A stretch of 64,000 nucleotides of DNA from a virus (IMGVR_UViG_3300017731_002846:41905-105904); one strand, 5' to 3'; counted from the stretch's first letter, positions 1-8,057 are shown. Notes: generated from the sequence alone by a model not told the origin. Numbers and translations: made by a program.

Positions 1-360
1 ATTCTCAATCATCATATATTTAGGCTTGAGGGACTCATAGATTTCCATAGCATAAACAATAAGTTTATTTCTGATGTCATCTGATGACCTCTGTGCATTT
101 GCTATGCTCATGCCTTGACAAGGGGGAGTGGCAATAATTAAATCTATTGGCCCGGCTTCTTCGCATGCTTGAATAATCGATGCCCTAGTCGATGCCTTGC
201 ATATATCCCCGCAAATAACATGAGAAGTATCAGGGTATAATTCTTTATAAAAATCAACACGATCTTGTAGTAGTTCATTCGCAACCACTACATTAAATCC
301 GTGCTCTTTTAAATAGAACTCACCGAAACCTACATTAGCAAATAAAGATAAAACTTTCAT
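1..360 (-). CDS. C5 DNA cytosine methyltransferase (N-terminal part, runs off window)
   Basis: Manual translation MKVLSLFANVGFGEF...IATPPCQGMS...MMIEN: motif I variant, catalytic PPCQ (motif IV) and start of ENV (motif VI). Confidence 0.9.
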   Translation of the reverse strand, partial: MKVLSLFANVGFGEFYLKEHGFNVVVANELLQDRVDFYKELYPDTSHVICGDICKASTRASIIQACEEAGPIDLIIATPPCQGMSIANAQRSSDDIRNKLIVYAMEIYESLKPKYMMIEN

Positions 361-366
361 ATAAAT

Positions 367-403
367 AAAAAAAAGAGGATCAGCCATTATAGCTGATCCT
401 CTT
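367..403 (-). terminator. Intrinsic terminator after porin/membrane protein pair
   Basis: 12-bp stem aagaggatcagc (373-384) / gctgatcctctt (392-403), 7-nt loop, followed on the minus strand by a T run. Confidence 0.8.
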
Positions 404-414
404 AGAGAAGTCAA
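386..414 (-). promoter_or_regulatory. sigma70-type promoter for the methyltransferase
   Basis: Minus strand TTGACT (414-409), 17 nt, TATAAT (391-386). The -10 lies in the terminator loop. Confidence 0.75.
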
Positions 415-427
415 GAGTAAATATTAT

Positions 428-688
428 TTATTTACTCTTTGAGCATTGCCCTTCGGTGCAGCTAAGTTTGCTAACCAAGGCAACTACAAGGATTAAGGTC
501 ACAAAAGAAGTGAACCCAGCTCCAGCTCCCACGAAACCGCCAAGCAAAGCTTCGAGATTACCGATAACATTAACAGGAGCAGCAGCTCCGAATACAGCTT
601 GAACTACAATCAAGAGCCCAAGAACACTAAGAAGTGTTGCGGCAATTCCTTTTACCGCACATGTGATATTACTTAATACGTCTTTCAT
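428..688 (-). CDS. Small two-helix membrane protein
   Basis: 86 aa with two hydrophobic segments; directly downstream of the porin gene. Confidence 0.75.
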   Translation of the reverse strand: MKDVLSNITCAVKGIAATLLSVLGLLIVVQAVFGAAAPVNVIGNLEALLGGFVGAGAGFTSFVTLILVVALVSKLSCTEGQCSKSK

Positions 689-714
689 ATTTTTATTTTT
701 ATTTTAGGGTTAAA

Positions 715-1362
715 TTAGAATTGAAATGTAAGTGCGCCAGCAAATACAAACTCACGATCAATGTCGTCGGAATCAACCAGGTCGACACCTAAAGATGCGA
801 CAGCAGAACCAATCGAGCGAGATAGTTCAGCTCCTACAGAATAGTAGTCACGAGAATTAGACTCTGTCACTTCGGTATTACCAATGCTTGCATCAAGGCC
901 TAGATCAGCAATCTTTAAATCAATGTCGTGAGAGACCGAACCTTCAAATGTATAAAGCTCGTCATCAATATTGCGGAAAACAGCCAAAGATGGATCGAGC
1001 AAAGAATCAACAGAGATCTTTACTGCCACTTCAGACAAGGCAGATCCTGGAACATCTTCAAAGTGATTGAATCCTACATAGGTAGATAGGAGTCCATCGA
1101 GAACACTTGTTCCAAGTCCGGCAGCTAATCCATAACTGTCGACACCAGAATCAACCGATTGGTTGGTGCATGCATGAATCGATGCATCTAGACCTGCGAC
1201 TTGTGCCCCGACATCAATCGATGATTGAAAGGACTCAAGGGCTTTTTGCTCTCCACGATAGAAGAAGTCAGAGGCATACCCAACCTTTGCAGAATTGCCA
1301 AGAACGGCGACGTTAGTAAGAAGCCCGAGGGCTGTGAACAATGATACGATTTTAATTTTCAT
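715..1362 (-). CDS. Outer-membrane beta-barrel protein, TorF/Gcw_chp-like putative porin
   Basis: Signal peptide, N-terminal SDFFYRG motif, alternating beta strands, C-terminal ...GALTFQF BAM signal. Confidence 0.75.
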   Translation of the reverse strand: MKIKIVSLFTALGLLTNVAVLGNSAKVGYASDFFYRGEQKALESFQSSIDVGAQVAGLDASIHACTNQSVDSGVDSYGLAAGLGTSVLDGLLSTYVGFNHFEDVPGSALSEVAVKISVDSLLDPSLAVFRNIDDELYTFEGSVSHDIDLKIADLGLDASIGNTEVTESNSRDYYSVGAELSRSIGSAVASLGVDLVDSDDIDREFVFAGALTFQF

Positions 1363-1379
1363 ATATTTTAGGGTTAAAT

Positions 1380-1970
1380 TTATTTTATTCTAACTTCTTT
1401 CCAAGCGATTAGTTTGCCTTTTACAAGATCCCTAATATGCCTTTGCTTTTTATTAAGCTGGCTATTACCACTTTTAATTTCGATGAATGTGATTTCATCA
1501 TCTCCGAATGATATATAATCAATCGGCTTGCCAAGGAATGTACAGTTTTCGGGGTCAAAATCAAATTGATCTAGGAATGGAGCCAGCGTTTCAGCTATGT
1601 GGCCTAATCGAACTTCACTGCTTTTCTTTTGAGAAGTAACTTTGCGGCGAGCCTCAGTTTCTTCTGACAGTTGTTTCTCTAGATCAGAAAATTCTTGTAA
1701 AAGTTTTTGTTCTTTTAATTGTATTTCAAGCTTGCGTTCTTTGATTGACTCCTGTTCTTTATCGAAACTAGATTGTAAATTTTGTATAGTTTGATTAAGT
1801 TGAGATTCGCGCTCTTGAAATTCAGAATGATTTTGGGTTAATTGATTCTTTAAAAATTCGTTTTCTCGATTTAAAGATTCAGCATTAAATTGTTTTTGTT
1901 TTAAATAATATATTTTATAACTTGTAAATATTATACAACCTACGAGGAAGATTTCTATAAAAAAATTCAA
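1380..1970 (-). CDS. Membrane-anchored Holliday-junction-resolvase-like endonuclease (Endonuc_Holl type)
   Basis: N-terminal TM, coiled coil, then G-HIAETLAPF...FLGKPIDYI...FIEIKSG...KKQRHIRD PD-(D/E)XK pattern. Confidence 0.8.
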   Translation of the reverse strand: MNFFIEIFLVGCIIFTSYKIYYLKQKQFNAESLNRENEFLKNQLTQNHSEFQERESQLNQTIQNLQSSFDKEQESIKERKLEIQLKEQKLLQEFSDLEKQLSEETEARRKVTSQKKSSEVRLGHIAETLAPFLDQFDFDPENCTFLGKPIDYISFGDDEITFIEIKSGNSQLNKKQRHIRDLVKGKLIAWKEVRIK

Positions 1971-1973
1971 AAC

Positions 1974-2219
1974 TCACTTTTTAGCCAAAGAAATAATTCT
2001 GTCATGCCTAAATGATCTAACAGATTTTCTGGCAAAACAATAAGCCCTAAAGCCTGCATTGTCTCTTTGTTCTCCCTTATTACCGAAGGATTTGTATAAA
2101 TTAATATCACCTATTAAATAAGTTTTAATTTTATCATTATGGTTTCTGTATACTACATAGTATTTGTCACCAATAAGACTGCTTTTAATTTTTTTTAATT
2201 TATTAAGAAATGTTCTCAT
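1974..2219 (-). CDS. Stand-alone WYL-like small protein
   Basis: C-terminal AYCFARKSVRSFRHDRI resembles the WYL-domain tail motif. Confidence 0.55.
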   Translation of the reverse strand: MRTFLNKLKKIKSSLIGDKYYVVYRNHNDKIKTYLIGDINLYKSFGNKGEQRDNAGFRAYCFARKSVRSFRHDRIISLAKK

Positions 2220-2419
2220 TATTTTAATTTAATATTGTTGTTTTCACAAAAAGATACCGCATAACCAGTTTTAAAAGAGAACTTATCAATAAAAATACAA
2301 GCTCCAATGATTAACGTTGACCTGAGGATATCTAAATTAGACTCATAGAATAATAAAAAAAATATTATTATGTATGGGCAAAATTTATTTAAGGAGTAAT
2401 TCACTATTATATTATTCAT
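2219..2419 (-). CDS. Hypothetical membrane protein
   Basis: 66 aa hydrophobic ORF translationally coupled to both neighbours. Confidence 0.55.
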   Translation of the reverse strand: MNNIIVNYSLNKFCPYIIIFFLLFYESNLDILRSTLIIGACIFIDKFSFKTGYAVSFCENNNIKLK

Positions 2420-2847
2420 TATCTTCCTGAACTACCAAAGCCACCTTGGCCACGAGTGCTAAAACTTAATACATCAGTTTCGATTAATTGAACCGCCGGC
2501 ATGCGGATGAAGACAATTTGACCAACCCTGTCCCCTATTTTATAACAAGTATTGCTCTCGTCTAAAGAAAAACGTAACTTAAGTTCTCCCCTATAACCGC
2601 AATCTATAACACCAACAGAGTTTCTTAAGAAGTGTTTTGTTCCACTAATACTAGAGCGTGGAAAAATAAATCCGGCATATCCTTTGGGTATTTCCAATGA
2701 AATACCTGTGCAGATTTCCACGAACACACCAGCAGACCCAGAAGGGTGAGTAACCGCAGTTGCATATAAGTCAAAGCCAGCGTCCTTAGGGTTGGCTTGA
2801 GTAGGAACCTTAGCCGCAGGGTTTAATCTTTGAAATTTTACTTTCAT
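2419..2847 (-). CDS. dut: Trimeric dUTPase
   Basis: Motifs AGFDL, RSS, GVIDCGYRGE, GDRVGQ, RGQGGFGSSG. Confidence 0.97.
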   Translation of the reverse strand: MKVKFQRLNPAAKVPTQANPKDAGFDLYATAVTHPSGSAGVFVEICTGISLEIPKGYAGFIFPRSSISGTKHFLRNSVGVIDCGYRGELKLRFSLDESNTCYKIGDRVGQIVFIRMPAVQLIETDVLSFSTRGQGGFGSSGR

Positions 2848-3059
2848 TAATAAACTTTATGTGGGGAGTTGGTCTGGATTATTGCGACTTTATTAAGAGT
2901 GGTCTTGTCCCACCTCTTTAACATGTCGCAAAGCCTCAAAGCACGGCTTTCTGCCTCTGATTTAACACGATAATTAGTGTCTTCAATTCTGCGACCATCT
3001 CTGGTTACAACATAAAAGCTATCACTATCTTTTGATACATTTCTTCGGATTAATTTCAT
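2847..3059 (-). CDS. Hypothetical protein
   Basis: 70 aa, first gene after a sigma70-like promoter, coupled to dut. Confidence 0.65.
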   Translation of the reverse strand: MKLIRRNVSKDSDSFYVVTRDGRRIEDTNYRVKSEAESRALRLCDMLKRWDKTTLNKVAIIQTNSPHKVY

Positions 3060-3068
3060 ATGGAGAAC

Positions 3069-3097
3069 AGTTTACCAGAAAAACTAAGAACTGTCAA
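3069..3097 (-). promoter_or_regulatory. sigma70-type promoter
   Basis: TTGACA (3097-3092), 17 nt, TAAACT (3074-3069), 9 nt before ATG at 3059. Confidence 0.7.
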
Positions 3098-3149
3098 GTT
3101 TTTAAAAAAAAAAATTCGATTTATAGGATAAATACTGTAATATAAAAAT

Positions 3150-3956
3150 ATGACAAAGAGAAAAATTCTTATTATGGGCTTACCAGGATCAGGCAAAACT
3201 ACTTTAGCTGAAATCTTAGTAAGAAAATTAAATGCCGCATGGTTTAATGCAGATGCAGTAAGACAAGAGATCCACAAGGACTTAGGTTTCACTGCAGAAG
3301 ACAGGCTCGAGCATTCAACTCGCATGGGCAAACTATGTGATTGGGCAAAACTCGGGGGGTCTTATGTAATCGCAGACTTTGTATGCCCAACTAAAGAAGC
3401 AAGGGAAGCTTTTAATCCTGACTTCGTCATCTGGGTAGATAGAATTCAAGAAGGTAGATATGCAGATACAAACAAAATGTTTGAAAAACCAGAAAATGCT
3501 GACGTTATATTAAAAGAAGGAACTCCTGACGAATGGGCAGAGCAAGCACTCGAAGGTTTATATAAAACAGAAGCATGGGACGATCAAGCCCCAACCGCAT
3601 TACTCATAGGCCGGTATCAACCTTTTCATATCGGACACAAAACATTAGTAGCAGAGTCTGTTAAAAGAACAGGTCAATGCTGTATAGCTCTAAGAAACGT
3701 GGCAGGTATAGATGAGAAAAATCCATACAATTTCGAGCAAGTTAAAAAAGAAATCGAAGCCGCTTGTGTTGAGTTTGGAGATAAAATAAAAATCGTTGAA
3801 CTGCCAAACATTACAGATATATTTTATGGACGCGGAGTTGGTTACAATATCGAGCAACTTGAATTAAGCAAAGAACTGCAAGCAGTTTCGGCAACTAAAA
3901 TCCGTGCAGGAGAAATCGGACAAGATGGTAAACCATTAGGCAAGAGGCCCGAATAA
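3150..3956 (+). CDS. Adenylylsulfate kinase-like domain fused to HIGH-family nucleotidyltransferase
   Basis: GLPGSGKTT P-loop, NADAVR, DLGF..EDR, ADFVCP, FEKP (CysC-like); C-terminal GRYQPFHIGH and VSATKIR. Confidence 0.85.
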   Translation: MTKRKILIMGLPGSGKTTLAEILVRKLNAAWFNADAVRQEIHKDLGFTAEDRLEHSTRMGKLCDWAKLGGSYVIADFVCPTKEAREAFNPDFVIWVDRIQEGRYADTNKMFEKPENADVILKEGTPDEWAEQALEGLYKTEAWDDQAPTALLIGRYQPFHIGHKTLVAESVKRTGQCCIALRNVAGIDEKNPYNFEQVKKEIEAACVEFGDKIKIVELPNITDIFYGRGVGYNIEQLELSKELQAVSATKIRAGEIGQDGKPLGKRPE

Positions 3957-4258
3957 TGGCATACGTAGTAACTGAAAAATGCGTGGACTGTAAGTTTACT
4001 AGCTGCGTTTCGGTATGCCCTGTAGATGCTTTTCACGAAACCCCAGATCGTTTATACATCAATCCAGAGTCCTGCATTGACTGCAATGCCTGTATGGATG
4101 AATGCCCTGTCGAAGCCATATACCCAGACATGGATGTGCCTGAGGAATTACAAGATTGGATCGAGCTAAACGAGCAAGCAGAGGAATACCCTCAATTGTT
4201 TGGGGAGAAAGAGCCTCTCAAGGGCCCTAAATGCGTTGACCCACAAGCGGACGAATAA
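3956..4258 (+). CDS. fdxA: FdxA-like 7Fe/8Fe ferredoxin
   Basis: CVDCKFTSCVSVCP and CIDCNACMDECP motifs plus acidic C-terminal extension. Confidence 0.92.
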   Translation: MAYVVTEKCVDCKFTSCVSVCPVDAFHETPDRLYINPESCIDCNACMDECPVEAIYPDMDVPEELQDWIELNEQAEEYPQLFGEKEPLKGPKCVDPQADE

Positions 4259-4296
4259 ATTATTACCCGTTAGCAAAAGCTAACTCTTCAAGAGAA

Positions 4297-4322
4297 AAAG
4301 CCCCCTAGCAATAGGGGGCTTT
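4297..4322. terminator. Bidirectional intrinsic terminator
   Basis: aaagccccct-agcaat-agggggcttt hairpin with A and T runs on both sides, between convergent genes. Confidence 0.85.
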
Positions 4323-4323
4323 A

Positions 4324-4476
4324 TTATTTAGATTTTTTCTTAGTCTTTTTAGACTGCATACAGACAGCGATCCTCTGCTTTACATCAGGATACTCTTTTC
4401 GCATGACCTTGTCAGCAATACATCTTGACATAAATCCAGAATCTGTTTCTGTTTTTGTTTTCTTTGGGATAGGCAT
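4324..4476 (-). CDS. Small basic phage protein, 50 aa (not in ORF track)
   Basis: MPIPKKTKTETDSGFMSRCIADKVMRKEYPDVKQRIAVCMQSKKTKKKSK; fills the gap between the tmRNA and the terminator; resembles a recurring small phage protein pattern (F.SRC..D....EYPD.KQR.AVC). Confidence 0.75.
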   Translation of the reverse strand: MPIPKKTKTETDSGFMSRCIADKVMRKEYPDVKQRIAVCMQSKKTKKKSK

Positions 4477-4488
4477 AATAAATTAAAA

Positions 4489-4852
4489 TGGTGGACGTGG
4501 CGGTAGTCGAAACCGCGTCTTTAAATCTTCAAGAAATATACATCTACAAGTTTAGTTTATTTTTTTTATAGTTATGATATAAACATCTAACTACTCGTTT
4601 CAGTTATTTACAGTTTGTGGAACAAGTAAACTTTTTCTGTTTTGCAGATACATAACCCCGCAATCTCAATATCTGCGTCAAGAGTTACGAGGTAGCGGAT
4701 ACTAGGCCGCTAAAGCAAGCTCTTCGCTTTTAGGCGAGTAAGCTTTGATACGTGACTTATTGCCATGTAAACTTTTGTGCCTTTTTAAGGAGCCAGACAC
4801 ACTCCTACTTGCAGTATACCAATTCAATTTAAATCAAATCCAGTACACGCCC
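4489..4852 (-). ncRNA. ssrA: tmRNA, 364 nt, tag peptide GNKSRIKAYSPKSEELALAA (4764-4702)
   Basis: 5' GGGCGTG pairs with CACGTCC-A-CCA 3' including the G3:U wobble; T-arm GCGGT-TTCGACT-ACCGC; internal ORF ending LALAA-TAG. Confidence 0.96.
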
Positions 4853-4880
4853 ATAAAATATTAAAGAACTAAATAATAAT

Positions 4881-4885
4881 TACAC
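4881..4885 (-). promoter_or_regulatory. GTGTA motif upstream of tmRNA (putative phage promoter)
   Basis: Same GTGTA plus AT-rich motif precedes at least 10 gene starts in the window. Confidence 0.6.
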
Positions 4886-4888
4886 TAG

Positions 4889-6013
4889 CTATTGCCCCTT
4901 AGTAATTTCTTGTTCGCCATCTTGGCTCACAATACTTGTTTGAGATCTAGCGGCTTCATATAATGCATTATAGTTTTTTGTAACCTTCTTGTATCTCCCG
5001 CGAGTGATTTCACGAAGAGATTCTTCAGTGATCCTACTAGGGCCTTCATCCTCAAACAACTTAAGTATTGCAAGATCTTTAAGAGTTACATCAACTTCCC
5101 ATTTAATTTGATACCCAAAATCAGGAATAGCCTGAGAGAGTTCGGGGGCAAATGCCCTTGGCTGATCTGCACTTTTAGACTCTGTCCAAGTAAATACAGG
5201 TACAACCCCATGCCAAGTTTCATGAAAAGCTCCAATATTAATTTTTTGCTCGACTATAGAGCCGTCAATCTTAGATGGATTGAGAGCATCAAATAAATTA
5301 TTATAAGCCAATGGAAAACCAAAGTCATGTTCTTCGTAACAATAAATATGCAAGTATTTAAACAAATTAAATGCTGACCAAGAACCATGATCTGCATTTT
5401 TTAATACAAGCCTCCTTTGAGCCGAAGGGTCAAGCTCTTTAAAGTTACCATAAAAACGATCAGTAAAATCGCAATAAGCATCGTGATCCTCTTTGCTAGG
5501 TTGGGAATTTAAATGCAAAGATATTGGCGCGGAAATATTTTCTTGAGCGCCTATTTCATCAAGGAACCAGGAATAAAAATTAATCTCTTTGATCGATTTT
5601 TCAACCACCGAGTCGTCGTCGTCAATTAATTTACAGAATTTATCAGGCTGAATAGACAAAGAAACCCCTTTGGTTACAGCCGTCCTGCCGATCTCTTTAA
5701 TTGCATTTAAAAGTTCACCATGTTCTGGCAAATCTGTGATAGATAAATCAGATGAAGGATCAGAAAGAATACCAAATACGGATGTATTTAATCGATAATG
5801 ATCGATTCCACTATCTCGGCAGAAATCAATAATCTTAACAGTAAGATTTAAATTACTTAAAATCTCGTCTTTTAATTTCTTGAGGGCAGCTTGATCACCC
5901 TGCTGCGAAGACAGCTCGGTGTAAGCTTTGCGGGTCATGCCCACAAAAGTGTTTGCCGGATCCTCTTGCTCGAGGATTTTTGAAGTGCAGACTAGTCCGT
6001 ATTTGGTATTCAT
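4889..6013 (-). CDS. UV-damage endonuclease (UvdE/UvsE)-fold protein, probably inactive
   Basis: YGLVC, NL..T.KI..F....GI.HYRL and RRLVL pattern match the UvdE TIM barrel, but most metal ligands are substituted. Confidence 0.75.
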   Translation of the reverse strand: MNTKYGLVCTSKILEQEDPANTFVGMTRKAYTELSSQQGDQAALKKLKDEILSNLNLTVKIIDFCRDSGIDHYRLNTSVFGILSDPSSDLSITDLPEHGELLNAIKEIGRTAVTKGVSLSIQPDKFCKLIDDDDSVVEKSIKEINFYSWFLDEIGAQENISAPISLHLNSQPSKEDHDAYCDFTDRFYGNFKELDPSAQRRLVLKNADHGSWSAFNLFKYLHIYCYEEHDFGFPLAYNNLFDALNPSKIDGSIVEQKINIGAFHETWHGVVPVFTWTESKSADQPRAFAPELSQAIPDFGYQIKWEVDVTLKDLAILKLFEDEGPSRITEESLREITRGRYKKVTKNYNALYEAARSQTSIVSQDGEQEITKGQ

Positions 6014-6027
6014 TAAATCCTTATATA

Positions 6028-6297
6028 TTAGATAAGATCAACTTCTTCGACTTCTTCAACTTCTTCAGCAACCTTGCCAGAAGACTTAGATCCACCTTGA
6101 TCCTGATCTTTTTGCTTATAGATCCGAAAGTCAGGAGCCTTAGGATTATCATCCTTAAACTTATTCTTAAAAAGAATAACTTTCTCTCCATTAACTTGAC
6201 CGGTCAGGTACTTCTCATTGGAACCCTGCTTGACGTTTACCCAAAGTGCACCCATTTCTCGGTTGCTCCACTCTTTATTTTCAGTATTTTCACTCAT
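6028..6297 (-). CDS. DUF736-like putative ssDNA-binding protein
   Basis: GALW...KYLTG...LFKN..K....PDFRIY with flexible linker and acidic tail EEVEEVEEVDLI. Confidence 0.6.
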   Translation of the reverse strand: MSENTENKEWSNREMGALWVNVKQGSNEKYLTGQVNGEKVILFKNKFKDDNPKAPDFRIYKQKDQDQGGSKSSGKVAEEVEEVEEVDLI

Positions 6298-6412
6298 AAT
6301 TTATTATATAGTATATTAATATTTAATTTAAAATTTTCTAAGTTCACCAGTATTTTTACAAAGTATATATGCCGCAAATAGCATAATTATTATTTTGATT
6401 ATTATCATGTCT

Positions 6413-6949
6413 TTATCTGTATTGTTTTCTTAGTAGTCGCCAGCGATCAGAATCTATAGGTTTGCTGCCATTATCTATAGCATACAACATATCTATGATT
6501 TCGTCAAGCGAATTATAAATATATTTATGTGGCATCATACCAAGCATCCATAGTGGGGTCTTTGCTTTGCCGCCTTCCATGCTAATAAAGATTGGCTTTT
6601 TCATGCGTACTGCCGTTACAATTTCTTCACCGCTACCCCAACTTGCAACCTCTGGAACAAGATGAGCAATAATAAAGTCACTGCGATCAACAAGGTTCAA
6701 ATCATATGAACGAACGGTCTTCATTTTCTCCGCAACACGATCATATTGCTTGGTCTTCATCCAAGTTTCCATCTCGATGCGAGAAGCTTCATCCTCTTCT
6801 ACATCCTTAATAAAAGGTTTTTCGTAGGGATTAAAGCAAGTAATATTAAGGTCCGAAAGTTTTTCGGTTACTTCTTGCCGCCAATCTCGGCCACTCAAAT
6901 ACTGCATGTGGCCAACTAAATATGTTTTTGTTTTATATAAGAGATTCAT
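6413..6949 (-). CDS. Nucleoside 2-deoxyribosyltransferase-like protein
   Basis: YLVG.M....DWR...FNP...DL.LVDRSDFIIA...SWGS.EE pattern. Confidence 0.75.
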   Translation of the reverse strand: MNLLYKTKTYLVGHMQYLSGRDWRQEVTEKLSDLNITCFNPYEKPFIKDVEEDEASRIEMETWMKTKQYDRVAEKMKTVRSYDLNLVDRSDFIIAHLVPEVASWGSGEEIVTAVRMKKPIFISMEGGKAKTPLWMLGMMPHKYIYNSLDEIIDMLYAIDNGSKPIDSDRWRLLRKQYR

Positions 6950-6959
6950 CTTGCCATAT

Positions 6960-6988
6960 AATATAGCAAAAATGAATTAAGTTGTCAA
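6960..6988 (-). promoter_or_regulatory. sigma70-type promoter
   Basis: TTGACA (6988-6983), 17 nt, TATATT (6965-6960). Confidence 0.7.
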
Positions 6989-6991
6989 GTA

Positions 6992-7237
6992 TTAATTATT
7001 ATTTAAACTTTCTAATATAACTTTTAAATCATCTGCATCAGAGCAAGCATCAATGTCCTCTTGGATTTTATTATATTTAACACGAATTTCTGCACGAGAT
7101 TTTTCCGCTTCAGCCGCATCATTCCCGGGAATTTGCTTCATAATGATAGCATCATATGGTTCGAATTCTTTTTCCCTTTCCACACGTCGAGAAGAGTGAA
7201 CAATTTCTTTCGCTTTGTTTAAATTAATTTTTATCAT
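6992..7237 (-). CDS. Tail fibre accessory/chaperone-like protein
   Basis: Likely start MIKINLNKAKEI at 7237; resembles small proteins that follow tail fibres in marine phages. Confidence 0.65.
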   Translation of the reverse strand: MIKINLNKAKEIVHSSRRVEREKEFEPYDAIIMKQIPGNDAAEAEKSRAEIRVKYNKIQEDIDACSDADDLKVILESLNNN

Positions 7238-8045
7238 CGGTAACCTCCTCAGTTTCTGCCACAACATGTCCCCTTCGGCTTTCTGGGGGTAATTTATTAA
7301 ATAATTGAAGTAATTTTTGCTGGTGTGTGCTGACCGCAGCCTGTGATTCAGCAACTAAAGAATTTGCATCAACAATAGAAAATTTAACTTGATTTATTTT
7401 ATTATTCTGATTGTTTAATTTTTCAACGAATTGATCGGATTCTAACCTGGCATTTGCTGCCTCTGTTTTATTATTAAATAATTTATCTTGGGCTTTGAAT
7501 GCATTTTTTGAGATCTTTCGAAGGTCAACGGCGGATTGTTTTTCCTCTTCGCTAGCTTCCTCTCCTTTATCTGCTACAATTTTCTCTGCATTTTCGGCGG
7601 CCAACTTTTTCTCTTTCCAATCAGACTTAGCAGCAAAAGCAGAATCCTTGGTGCCTGCCCATACTTTTTCTTTTTCGGTGGCTAAATTATTTAAGCTGGC
7701 ATGTTCAGCAGAAAGCTCTTCTAGTTCTGTCTCTAAGGCTTTTAAATTATTTTCAAAAGATTCTAATTGTTCTTGGCGGCTAGATAAAAGTTGTTTACTA
7801 TTAGATAGTAATTGTTTTGCGTTCGTTTCTCCACCGATGCCGTCATTTAAGTCGGATTCTTCAATGTCCCAAGCCGCACGGAATACACGATCCTGCGGAA
7901 GCTCCTCGGTTGTACCGACCCTGTATAGCACACCAAATGGCAACATTTTTTGAGCTTGTTCATGCACCCCTTCAACATCCAAAGAATCAACAAAATGAGT
8001 GATATGTAAATTGCCTTCTTGTTTATATATTAAAATGTTTTTCAT
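7224..8045 (-). CDS. Tail-fibre-associated domain plus long coiled coil
   Basis: N-terminal ...ELPQDRVFRAAW domain followed by about 190 aa of E/K/A-rich helical sequence; directly follows the fibre gene. Confidence 0.6.
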   Translation of the reverse strand: MKNILIYKQEGNLHITHFVDSLDVEGVHEQAQKMLPFGVLYRVGTTEELPQDRVFRAAWDIEESDLNDGIGGETNAKQLLSNSKQLLSSRQEQLESFENNLKALETELEELSAEHASLNNLATEKEKVWAGTKDSAFAAKSDWKEKKLAAENAEKIVADKGEEASEEEKQSAVDLRKISKNAFKAQDKLFNNKTEAANARLESDQFVEKLNNQNNKINQVKFSIVDANSLVAESQAAVSTHQQKLLQLFNKLPPESRRGHVVAETEEVTDDKN

Positions 8046-8057
8046 GACTCTTGAGCG

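Noticed and set aside
4489-4520. Stand-alone tRNA gene
   Set aside because: The T-arm and CCA belong to the tmRNA; the pairing 5' strand is about 350 nt away and no anticodon arm is present.
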